Source: a virus. Taken from it: a DNA stretch of 47,808 nucleotides. The stretch's first letter is position 1. Each line of letters begins with the position of its first letter. The stretch lies in the UHGV virus genome UHGV-1373571, one strand, 5' to 3'. Below the pieces are notes generated by a model. That model did no database searches. It saw only the letters and a list, made by a program, of their open reading frames with translations, and was not told the DNA's origin. The position numbers and the translations under genes are program-made. Positions 36,192-44,801 of this stretch are shown here, in pieces.

Positions 36192-38114
36192 GTGATCATG
36201 GCAGCAACGGTAATTGACGCCCTCCTGGTGACGCTGGGCCTTGATACTTCTCAGTTCCGCAAAGGCCAGCAGGAAGTCAGTGACGACCTGAAAAAGCAGC
36301 GCGAAGACGCCAAAAACACCGCCAAGGAAATGGCGGAGCAGGGCAAGAAAGCCGCTTCGTTCTTCAGCAGCATAAAGACGGAATTGCTGGCACTGACTGG
36401 CGTTACCGTCACTGCAGGCGGCCTGATAAGCTTTGTGAAAAGCACCACTTCCGGCCTGATGGATTTATCGATCCAGTCGAAAGCGCTGGGACTATCGGCC
36501 CGCGAGCTTGACGGTTGGTCAAAGTCAGCTGAGGCGGCAGGAAGTTCGGCTGAGAAGATAAGCGCTTCTCTGCAGGGGTTTCAGGGCGCTATACAGGGCG
36601 CGAGGGTCGGCGATTACAGTAGCTCTATTTTTGGTGGTCTGGCGCAATTAAATGCGCTGACAGGCCAGAATTTTGACGTGTGGGGACAGGACGCCAGTTC
36701 TCTGGCCAAAACATCCCTTGATGCGCTACGGAAAATCAGCGATCCAAACCTTCGCCGGCAGGTCGGGTTAAGTCTTGGATTTGATGATGCAACCTTGCAG
36801 CGTAATCAGGAAGGGAAATTCCTGCCTGACGTTGATCGCCTGACCAAAAGCTCCGGCATTACAGACGCCTCAACCAAAGGCGCAAAGGAATTTACAGCTG
36901 CATGGGCGGAGCTAGGCCAAAATCTCGACACGGTAAAAAACCAGATTTACGTGGGCTTGATACCAACCATTCGCGATCTGAATGGTCTCCTCATAGAGTG
37001 GTCGTCTGGTAACGCAAAATCCTCTTCATTCTTCAAAGAGCTGAAGCGGGACATTAACGACATTACTGGTATTGACCTTGGTAGCTGGACGCTATCAGGC
37101 GATCTGCGCAACCTCAAAGATAACTTTTCCATGCTCGGAAAAGTGCTAAACCACCTGGGTAACGCTTTAAACGAGCTCAATAACGGCAACTTCTCCAAGG
37201 CTGCCGATGAGTTTAAAAAGGCGTGGTACGGAACAGAAGACGGAAAGCCTACCGGTAATGATGCTCTGCCCGGGGTGACAAGTAGCTCCCAAAGCATTTA
37301 CGAAAACAGCACGTATAAAAAATATAATGACCTCCTGAACAAGTATCTTCCCGAGTGGCTGGGGGGAACACCTTCGGACAGAAAGAAGGACCAGGATGAG
37401 AAGTCTTACTGGGATACGACAAAGACTCTGCTTTCTAAAATAGCCGATGCCATTGTCACCCCTGCTGGCGCCTCCTCTTTAGAGCCAAGTATCGGGGGGT
37501 ATCAGCCCAACGTCCCGCTTAACGCTCAGGCTGCTCGCCTTGGCGCCAAAGGAAAGGCATTTCTTCAGGCGATGGCTGGCGAATTCGGGGCGCTGGAAGG
37601 TAAATATGGACTTCCGGCCGGACTGCTGTCTTCGGTAGCTGCTACTGAATCAGGTGGCGACCCGTTCGCAGTATCCCCAAAAGGGGCGAAAGGCCCATTC
37701 CAGTTTATGGATGGAACTGCCAGAGACTTGGGTTTGAAGGGGATGGACGTTTATGACCCCCACAAGTCAGCGGATGCCGCTGCAAGATACTTGCGCTATC
37801 TGCTGGATGCTACTGGTGGCGATCTGGAAAAAGCTCTTGCCTCCTATAACTGGGGGCTCGGAAACGTCCAGAAGAAAGGCATGGATAACCTACCGTCGGA
37901 AACTCGAAATTACGTCCCTAAAGTCATGGCCGGAATGCGCCCCGGCGCCGGGATGGCCGTAGACCGCGCGATGCCCGGGCAGTCCGGTGCGACTTATCAG
38001 TTTTATGGCACCAAAATCACCACCCAGGCCCAGAACGTGGAACAGCTTACCAGCGACATCAAAAAGCACGGCGACAACCGTGTCATGCTTTTGGCTGGCT
38101 ACTCAGGACAATAA
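36192..38114 (+). CDS. tail tape measure protein with a C-terminal lytic transglycosylase (SLT) domain
   Basis: 640 aa. The N-terminus is coiled-coil/helix-rich. The C-terminus carries SLT motifs (AATESGGDPFAVSPKGAKGPFQFM ... AAARYLRYLL ... SYNWG). Confidence 0.75.
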   Translation: MIMAATVIDALLVTLGLDTSQFRKGQQEVSDDLKKQREDAKNTAKEMAEQGKKAASFFSSIKTELLALTGVTVTAGGLISFVKSTTSGLMDLSIQSKALGLSARELDGWSKSAEAAGSSAEKISASLQGFQGAIQGARVGDYSSSIFGGLAQLNALTGQNFDVWGQDASSLAKTSLDALRKISDPNLRRQVGLSLGFDDATLQRNQEGKFLPDVDRLTKSSGITDASTKGAKEFTAAWAELGQNLDTVKNQIYVGLIPTIRDLNGLLIEWSSGNAKSSSFFKELKRDINDITGIDLGSWTLSGDLRNLKDNFSMLGKVLNHLGNALNELNNGNFSKAADEFKKAWYGTEDGKPTGNDALPGVTSSSQSIYENSTYKKYNDLLNKYLPEWLGGTPSDRKKDQDEKSYWDTTKTLLSKIADAIVTPAGASSLEPSIGGYQPNVPLNAQAARLGAKGKAFLQAMAGEFGALEGKYGLPAGLLSSVAATESGGDPFAVSPKGAKGPFQFMDGTARDLGLKGMDVYDPHKSADAAARYLRYLLDATGGDLEKALASYNWGLGNVQKKGMDNLPSETRNYVPKVMAGMRPGAGMAVDRAMPGQSGATYQFYGTKITTQAQNVEQLTSDIKKHGDNRVMLLAGYSGQ

Positions 38115-38117
38115 CTC

Positions 38118-38957
38118 ATGTCGTTTTCTCTGAATGTCTCGACAGTGCTATCCGCCATTCAGGGAGGAAGCCTGTTATCCGTCCTTAACAGCGCCCTGTC
38201 GCCAACTTACCGGATCACCTATAACACCGTTGACGAGTCGCTTTTGACGGCTGCAGCCGGTCAGGAGGTTTTCTCTCCGTCTGGCTGGGTTAGCGTTGAT
38301 CGCTACGGTGATGCGGCGGTGACTAAGGGTCCGGTGGAAAAGGGCAGGTACACGTCCTACAACAAAGTGAAACAGCCGTCTGAACTGAGGATCATTTTTG
38401 CCCTTGAGGGGTGGACGGCTTTTTCTGGTTCACTTCCTAACCTGACCAATTTCTCTTTGCTGAGCCGGAACAATTTCATTCAGAAACTGGATGAGATGAA
38501 AAACACGGCCAGCACCTACAACATCGAGACACCGGACACGGTGTATTACAGCTACGATCTTACCCACTTCGATTACTTTGTGGGTTCGTATCGCGGGCAG
38601 ACGTTGTTGATGGCGAACTGCACTTTCGAGGAGATCATGGACGGCGGGGAAGTCATGCTTTCAAATGCTGTTATTGAAGGGCCGCCGACCAACAACGCAA
38701 AAACCAACAATGGCGCCGCAGCATCAACGCAGGTGATCACCGGGGCAACGAAAGAGGTGACATTGAGCGATGTTAAGAATGCCTGGTCAAGTGCAGACAC
38801 AACCTTATCAGACTCTCTACAGACGACCGGGGCTGCGATTGTGTCCAACGTTAACTCGGCGGCCGAGTCGGTCTCTAAGGCGTGGGACAGCTCTTCTACT
38901 GCAGTTTCTAAGCAGATAAAAAGCACCGTCTCCGACTTTCTGGAAAAGGTGATGTGA
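38118..38957 (+). CDS. hypothetical tail/baseplate protein
   Basis: 279-aa ORF following the tape measure. Confidence 0.45.
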   Translation: MSFSLNVSTVLSAIQGGSLLSVLNSALSPTYRITYNTVDESLLTAAAGQEVFSPSGWVSVDRYGDAAVTKGPVEKGRYTSYNKVKQPSELRIIFALEGWTAFSGSLPNLTNFSLLSRNNFIQKLDEMKNTASTYNIETPDTVYYSYDLTHFDYFVGSYRGQTLLMANCTFEEIMDGGEVMLSNAVIEGPPTNNAKTNNGAAASTQVITGATKEVTLSDVKNAWSSADTTLSDSLQTTGAAIVSNVNSAAESVSKAWDSSSTAVSKQIKSTVSDFLEKVM

Positions 38958-38958
38958 C

Positions 38959-39264
38959 ATGCAGGAAATTAGCTTATCACCGTCACTATCTCAAAAGGTC
39001 TATGTCACGCTTGGCGGCCAGAACTGCGCGATCAAGTTACATCAGCGTTCAACCGGGTTTTACGCCGATCTGTATGTCGATGACAAGCCGATATTTCAGG
39101 GTGTTCTCTGCCTGAACTGCGTTTACCTGGTTCGGTATAAATATCTGGGGTTCAGTGGCGATCTGGTTTTCGTTGACTCAAAAGGTACAGCCGATCCTTA
39201 TTACGACGAAATCGGCACCAGATTCAAGCTGTATTATGCGACGAGCAGTGAGGTCGGCAGATGA
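38959..39264 (+). CDS. hypothetical tail/baseplate protein
   Basis: 101-aa ORF. Confidence 0.4.
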   Translation: MQEISLSPSLSQKVYVTLGGQNCAIKLHQRSTGFYADLYVDDKPIFQGVLCLNCVYLVRYKYLGFSGDLVFVDSKGTADPYYDEIGTRFKLYYATSSEVGR

Positions 39265-40130
39265 GTTACAAGGAGAGAGAACTTACCGTATCGTTCACGC
39301 TGGCCAACGGTACGTTTGACGGTGGCATTGGTAACACGCTGACGGTTAAAGGCTTCAAGTGTGAAGCTGCTATATCTGCCTTTGGCGGCGCTACAGGCAC
39401 AATGATGGAGCTAAGCCTGTGGGGCCTGTCGCTGGAGAACATGGCCAAGCTGACGACCAACGCGCAAAAAATAATCGCCGCCGAGCAAAATGCTATCGTC
39501 GTTTATGCTGGCGACACCCGTGTTTTTTCCGGGTCAATAACATCAGCCAGGATTAACCTGAACCAGATGCCGGATGCGCCGATTGAGATAACCGCGGCGG
39601 CCGCCGGCAGGGAGCGCCTGATCCCCTGTGAGCCCACATCCATTCGCGGCGATGCGGATGTGGCTGATATGATTCGCGCTCTTGCCTTTAAAGTTGGCCT
39701 GAAATTCATCAATGTCGACGTCAAAAGCACCGAGCGCAACCCGGTATACAAAGGCAATGCTATAAAGCAGATCATTGAAATAGCAGCTGCGCATAAAATA
39801 ACGGTAAATATTGATTTTGGCACCGTCACTATTTACACCGGGAAGAAACCCTCTGACTCTGTCGTTCCATATGTTTCTCCATCAACAGGGCTTATTGGGT
39901 ATCCGATTTTTTATGACATGGGGATTAACTTTCGCTGCATTTACTCTCCATCTCTGAAACTGAATACCAAAATCATCCTTGAGACTGACCTGCCGCACGC
40001 AAGCGGGGAGTGGATTATTCAGGCAGGAACTACTCATTATCTTTCCTGTAAAGTTCCCGGTGGCCTGTGGGAAACGTTCGTTGTGGCCGCGCCTGGGTAT
40101 CTTGTAAAAGGGGATGAAAATGCTAACTAA
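39261..40130 (+). CDS. putative baseplate hub protein
   Basis: 289-aa ORF, by position. Confidence 0.35.
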   Translation: MSYKERELTVSFTLANGTFDGGIGNTLTVKGFKCEAAISAFGGATGTMMELSLWGLSLENMAKLTTNAQKIIAAEQNAIVVYAGDTRVFSGSITSARINLNQMPDAPIEITAAAAGRERLIPCEPTSIRGDADVADMIRALAFKVGLKFINVDVKSTERNPVYKGNAIKQIIEIAAAHKITVNIDFGTVTIYTGKKPSDSVVPYVSPSTGLIGYPIFYDMGINFRCIYSPSLKLNTKIILETDLPHASGEWIIQAGTTHYLSCKVPGGLWETFVVAAPGYLVKGDENAN

Positions 40131-40707
40131 CCAGACCCCTGAGAGTGTGTCATCGCAGGGTAACGCCATATTATCGCTGCTACATTCAGCGCTGAAAGGA
40201 ATGACGTTTGTTGATATTGTTCTGGTTAGGGAGGTTGAAGGCGATGTGTTGACCGTTCTCCCCCTGGTTAATGATGTAGACGTTTCAGGCCGGGCCATTG
40301 CCAATCAGGACGTTTACCAGATCCCATACCTCAGACTTCAGGCGGGAAACAGCGCGGTAAAAATGGAGCCAAGGCCAGGAGACATTGGTCTGGTTGTGAT
40401 CTGCGACAAGGACACCACGAACGTTAGGGAAACCAGATCAGGGGGGCCCGCACCAACTCAGCGCCGCCACTCGTATTCCGATGCGATGTACATAACCGCA
40501 ATAGCCAGCATGAATGGGGAACCTACTGAATTTGCTGAATTTACTGGAAGTGGCATAAATATAAAAAGCCCTGGCGTGGTTAACATCAATGGCTTGAAAG
40601 TCCACTCAGATGGCAAACTTGAGCTTGTCGATGGCTCTATCGTTGATGGGCATGACCATGGCGGGGTAATATCAGGGGGAAGCCGAACCGATCCCCTGGA
40701 GCCGTGA
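40114..40707 (+). CDS. putative baseplate spike/gpV-like protein
   Basis: 197-aa ORF, by position and size. Confidence 0.35.
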   Translation: MKMLTNQTPESVSSQGNAILSLLHSALKGMTFVDIVLVREVEGDVLTVLPLVNDVDVSGRAIANQDVYQIPYLRLQAGNSAVKMEPRPGDIGLVVICDKDTTNVRETRSGGPAPTQRRHSYSDAMYITAIASMNGEPTEFAEFTGSGINIKSPGVVNINGLKVHSDGKLELVDGSIVDGHDHGGVISGGSRTDPLEP

Positions 40708-41495
40708 TGAAAAAATTAATAGTCATTTCAGCATTTATCCTTTTTGCCTTATCTCCGCCAGCCATATCAAAGCAGATAACATCACATTTAAAAATGGTTG
40801 ATGGCTATTTTAATGGAATTCTCACGGCAAATGATGACGAGCCGATATGGTTTGGTATCTTAGAGTTTGACTTTTTGGGCAGCCAGCACCTAACCTGCAG
40901 AATGGACTCAATGCATACCTCCGGAGATGCACCGGACAGGATGTCGTCAGTTAACTACCGTTGCCAAAACGGGTTTTCTGTCCAGCTATCAAAAAAAGAA
41001 AATGAAAGGTACGCTACTTTAAGCCTACAAAACATAAACTTCGACAGTGGCGATGAAAGGCAGTTAGGTAGTTACAAGGTTACCTCTTCAATCCCTTTAA
41101 CGATGATTGAAAATAATAAATATAATGATGATTTGTTCAATAAGAGGAACGCCGAGAGGGAGCGATGGATAAAGGAAAATACTGTTGACGTTTTTTCAGC
41201 GTGCGACATTATTATGTCATCCCACCTTCTGGCTTATCAAATGGTAAATACTGGAACACAAAATAACAGCGCAGGCAGGAATGAAATAAGGGATGCGCTG
41301 TCAAAACTTTACCCAAAAAATGCGGATGAAATGGCTCAATCCTTTATAAGCTTTCACTCTGGAGACAAAGAGCCTTTCGGGATGCCGCTTACATTTGGAG
41401 TTAAGGGGCGCATGATTAAAATGTGCATGGATCAGCCTGGTGATTACATTCCTGAGTTTGGCTCGCTGGTCATGTCAGGTAAAATATTCAGATAA
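40707..41495 (+). CDS. secreted protein of unknown function (AT-rich moron within the baseplate cluster)
   Basis: 262 aa from the ATG at 40707 (track start GTG 40704). Sec signal peptide MKKLIVISAFILFALSPPAIS. Four Cys. The gene is clearly more AT-rich than its neighbours, and a UUCG-loop terminator follows. Confidence 0.6.
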   Translation: MKKLIVISAFILFALSPPAISKQITSHLKMVDGYFNGILTANDDEPIWFGILEFDFLGSQHLTCRMDSMHTSGDAPDRMSSVNYRCQNGFSVQLSKKENERYATLSLQNINFDSGDERQLGSYKVTSSIPLTMIENNKYNDDLFNKRNAERERWIKENTVDVFSACDIIMSSHLLAYQMVNTGTQNNSAGRNEIRDALSKLYPKNADEMAQSFISFHSGDKEPFGMPLTFGVKGRMIKMCMDQPGDYIPEFGSLVMSGKIFR

Positions 41496-41534
41496 AAATC
41501 TCTTATTTATAAACCACAGTAATTAAACAATAGA

Positions 41535-41557
41535 CCTCGCTTCGGCGGGGTTTTTTT
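41535..41557 (+). terminator. intrinsic terminator after the AT-rich moron
   Basis: CCTCGC-TTCG-GCGGGG followed by TTTTTTT. Confidence 0.7.
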
Positions 41558-41570
41558 ATGGGCGAAATCC

Positions 41571-41927
41571 ATGAAAACAATCTCTCTCAAACTCGATCCC
41601 GACACCTGGGATCTTGTCCTTGATGAGCTGGGTAATATCGCCACGGTTGAAAATCCCTACGCCTGCGCTCAGGACGTAGCGACGGCATGCCTGGCTATAC
41701 GCGGCGAGTGCATTTACGAAAAAGACACCGGCGTTAATTACAAAGAGCTGCTGAACGTTAAGGCCAGCACCGGCGCCATGGCGGCCGCGCTTCAGGTTGA
41801 AGCGTTGCGGATGAGCTATATCGCGCGCGCTGAGCCGACGCTGATTAACAACCGCGATACGCGCCGCACTACCGGCGTTATTGCGATCGTGGATACCAAC
41901 GGCCTGGATTCCAGCGTCACCCTGTGA
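41571..41927 (+). CDS. putative baseplate wedge protein (gpW/gp25-like)
   Basis: 118 aa. Size and position immediately before the baseplate J-like gene. Confidence 0.4.
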   Translation: MKTISLKLDPDTWDLVLDELGNIATVENPYACAQDVATACLAIRGECIYEKDTGVNYKELLNVKASTGAMAAALQVEALRMSYIARAEPTLINNRDTRRTTGVIAIVDTNGLDSSVTL

Positions 41928-41934
41928 GGAAAAA

Positions 41935-43167
41935 ATGACGACAATCTCTACGGCGGTACCGGCCGTGACCTTTTCTACCACTGGCCTTGATGTTCCAGAT
42001 GAGGGAGACATTCTTGCCGGGCGTATAGCAGATATTGGTTCTGCATTCGGGACGGCGATGAGCACGAACCTCAAGACGCCGCAGGGGCAACTGGCTGTCA
42101 CTGATACTGCAATCATCGCCGACAAGAACGATCAGCTTCTGGCTATCGTCAACAACATGAACCCGGACTTTTCCTCCGGCAGATTTCAGGATGGCATCGG
42201 CAGGATTTACTTCCTCGATCGCATTGCTGCTGCGGGTACGGTTGTAACGGCCACATGCTCCGGCGTACCGGGGACGGTGATCCCGGCACAGTCCTATGCA
42301 ACCGACGATAACGGTTATATGTACGTGTCACTGGCTGCAGGAACGATAGGCGCCGACGGGACGGTAAAGATCGAGTTCCAGAACCTGACTACCGGGCCGA
42401 TAGCTTGTCCCATCGGTACCCTGACAAACATCTATGTCGCGGTAAGTGGCTGGTCGAGTATCACCAACGAGACCGCGGGTGTACCGGGCTCGAATGTTGA
42501 AGGGCGATCTGCATTTGAGTATCGCCGTCGCCAGTCAGTGGCACGTAACGCCTTCAACACGGCAGCGGCTGTGCGGGCTGCTGTCCTGGAAGTCGATGGG
42601 GTACTTGATGTTTATGTGATCGACAACAAAGAGCCCACTTCTGTCGAAAAAGGTTCCACGAATTACACGCTGCTTGCCAGCTCGATTTATATCGGGGTTT
42701 ATGGCGGGGCAGTGGCAGACATTGCAGCGGCCATCAATAAAAAACTTCCCCCTGGCACTGTTATGAACGGTGACACCACCGGGACCGTGCAGGATACCGA
42801 AAATTATGACGCCCCTTATCCGGAGTACACCTACAGGTGGAAAACGCTGGATGCGGTGAGCGTTCATATCAAGGTGGAATACGAGGAAAATGATGGCCTT
42901 CCATCAGATATCAACGCGCAGATCAGAACGGTCGTCCTGAATGCCTTCACCGGAGCAGATGGCGGTACCCGGGCGCGTGCCGGCGCGCGAATTTATGGCA
43001 GCCGGTATATCGGACCTATCCAGGCGCTTGATGCACAGAACATGAACGTTCTTTCTGTCCAGGTCTCTCTGGACGGAACCACCTGGTCTAGTGCGCTGAC
43101 TATGGGGATAGATCAGGAGCCGACTCTCGATGCGACAAACATCATAACGGAGGCGGTAAGTGAATAA
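41935..43167 (+). CDS. baseplate J-like protein
   Basis: 410 aa from the ATG at 41935 (GAGG RBS). The track ORF starts at 41881 and overlaps the previous gene. Size and position typical of gpJ/gp47. Confidence 0.55.
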   Translation: MTTISTAVPAVTFSTTGLDVPDEGDILAGRIADIGSAFGTAMSTNLKTPQGQLAVTDTAIIADKNDQLLAIVNNMNPDFSSGRFQDGIGRIYFLDRIAAAGTVVTATCSGVPGTVIPAQSYATDDNGYMYVSLAAGTIGADGTVKIEFQNLTTGPIACPIGTLTNIYVAVSGWSSITNETAGVPGSNVEGRSAFEYRRRQSVARNAFNTAAAVRAAVLEVDGVLDVYVIDNKEPTSVEKGSTNYTLLASSIYIGVYGGAVADIAAAINKKLPPGTVMNGDTTGTVQDTENYDAPYPEYTYRWKTLDAVSVHIKVEYEENDGLPSDINAQIRTVVLNAFTGADGGTRARAGARIYGSRYIGPIQALDAQNMNVLSVQVSLDGTTWSSALTMGIDQEPTLDATNIITEAVSE

Positions 43168-43747
43168 TGTCGACTGGACGATCTACGCGCAGTACGTGAA
43201 CTCAACCAGCCTGCGGTCACTGATTGACACCTTTAACGCTTCTGTAGCGCCAGAGGACTGGATAGACACGTTCTATGACCTCGTATTCAACATCGAGACC
43301 TGTGGTGATTACGGGCTGATGTGCTGGGGTAAAATCGTTGATGTAGAGCGCTTGCTGACTGTGACGCCATCCCAGCAGTTTCTGGGGTTTGGCGAAGCGA
43401 CCAGTACCCCGGCAGAACTCACCGACCCGCAACCCTTTAACCAGGCTCCTTTCTATACCGGCGTGCAGGACACGAACACTGTGGTCCTGACCAATGATGC
43501 ATACCGCAAGCTGATCATGTGCAAAGCGATGGCGAACATCAGCGACTGCACCGTGCCGGTCATGAATCGCATGCTGGTGTACATGTTCGGAGCCAGTGGG
43601 CGAGCTTACGTGCGTGATGATGGCAACCATGTCATGAGCTACGTATTCGAGTTCCAGCTTTCCGATTCGGAGCTGGCCATAGTGCAAAGCTCCGGAGCAC
43701 TTCCTTCCCCGCCTGGGGTAAAAGTAAACATCGTTCAGGAGGTCTGA
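43160..43747 (+). CDS. putative baseplate/tail-fibre attachment protein (gpI-like)
   Basis: 195-aa ORF coupled to the J-like gene. Confidence 0.4.
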   Translation: MNNVDWTIYAQYVNSTSLRSLIDTFNASVAPEDWIDTFYDLVFNIETCGDYGLMCWGKIVDVERLLTVTPSQQFLGFGEATSTPAELTDPQPFNQAPFYTGVQDTNTVVLTNDAYRKLIMCKAMANISDCTVPVMNRMLVYMFGASGRAYVRDDGNHVMSYVFEFQLSDSELAIVQSSGALPSPPGVKVNIVQEV

Positions 43748-43748
43748 A

Positions 43749-44792
43749 TTGAACAATTCAGCCATGCCGTCACGTCTGACGGTTGTTTTTTCTGCGAGTG
43801 GTGACAAAAACACGATCCCGGTAAATTCCACCCCTGAAACGTTGGCTGATGGCCTTGCCGCGATGGACTCAGGATTTCCTCCGCTTACCCGCATCGCTCT
43901 ATCTGCTGGCGGTAAGCCGCCAAAGGGGCAGGATTTTAATGGGATTTTTAATGATGCCTATACTCGCCTTCAATGGGAGCAAGCAGGAGGTTTCTATACA
44001 TTCGACTCTGCATTTTCGGCAGCTATCGGTGGATACCCAAAAGGCGCGATTCTTATCAATTCAGCCAGGGATGGATTCTGGCAAAGCACTATCGAAAATA
44101 ACACGACAAATCCTGATGCTGGCGGTATTGGATGGATTAATTATTCATCAGGACGACTCCTGAACGTGCAGACATTTTTATCATCCGGCACTTATACGCC
44201 AACCCCTGGTGCTAAGTCGGTTGTTGTTGAAATGGTTGGCGGTGGTGGTGGGAGCGATGCTGCCCCAGCCACTGGAGCGGGGCAGGTGTCAATAGTTTCA
44301 GGTGGTGGGGCCGGTTCATATGCTAAGGGTAGATTTTCAATAAATTTCACCAGCATTAGCATCGTTGTTGGCGCTGGCGGGCAGGGAGGCACCGCAGCAT
44401 CTCCGGTTGGCTCTGTTGGTGGTTCAAGCTCATTTGGATCGCTAATGGTTGCGCCTGGCGGAACAAGAGGGCCGTCTGCCGGACCAGCAAATCCACCTTT
44501 TCTACCTCAGGGTAATGTCGCATCAAGCGCTCCTTCCGGTGCCAATATCATAGGCTCTCCAGGAGCCCCATCTACACCTGCATACGCTAACGCAACCCAG
44601 TCATTCCTCGGATCACCTGGGGCAAGTAGCGTTTTTGGGGGTGGGGGATGGGTGCCATCATTTGGAGACCCGGCTATTGAGGGGCAGGCATATGGTTCAG
44701 GCGCATCTGGTTCTTCACAAGGACCATCCTCTCCGGCAGTGAATGGCGCCCGGGGGAAAGAAGGCATCGTGATAATTTATGAATATTCATGA
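43749..44792 (+). CDS. tail fibre protein, glycine-rich
   Basis: 347 aa, TTG start with AGGAGG 6 nt upstream. The C-terminal half is Gly/Ser/Ala-rich (VGGGGGSD...GGGAGS...GAGGQGG...GGGGWV). Confidence 0.6.
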   Translation: MNNSAMPSRLTVVFSASGDKNTIPVNSTPETLADGLAAMDSGFPPLTRIALSAGGKPPKGQDFNGIFNDAYTRLQWEQAGGFYTFDSAFSAAIGGYPKGAILINSARDGFWQSTIENNTTNPDAGGIGWINYSSGRLLNVQTFLSSGTYTPTPGAKSVVVEMVGGGGGSDAAPATGAGQVSIVSGGGAGSYAKGRFSINFTSISIVVGAGGQGGTAASPVGSVGGSSSFGSLMVAPGGTRGPSAGPANPPFLPQGNVASSAPSGANIIGSPGAPSTPAYANATQSFLGSPGASSVFGGGGWVPSFGDPAIEGQAYGSGASGSSQGPSSPAVNGARGKEGIVIIYEYS

Positions 44793-44801
44793 GAATAAAA
44801 A

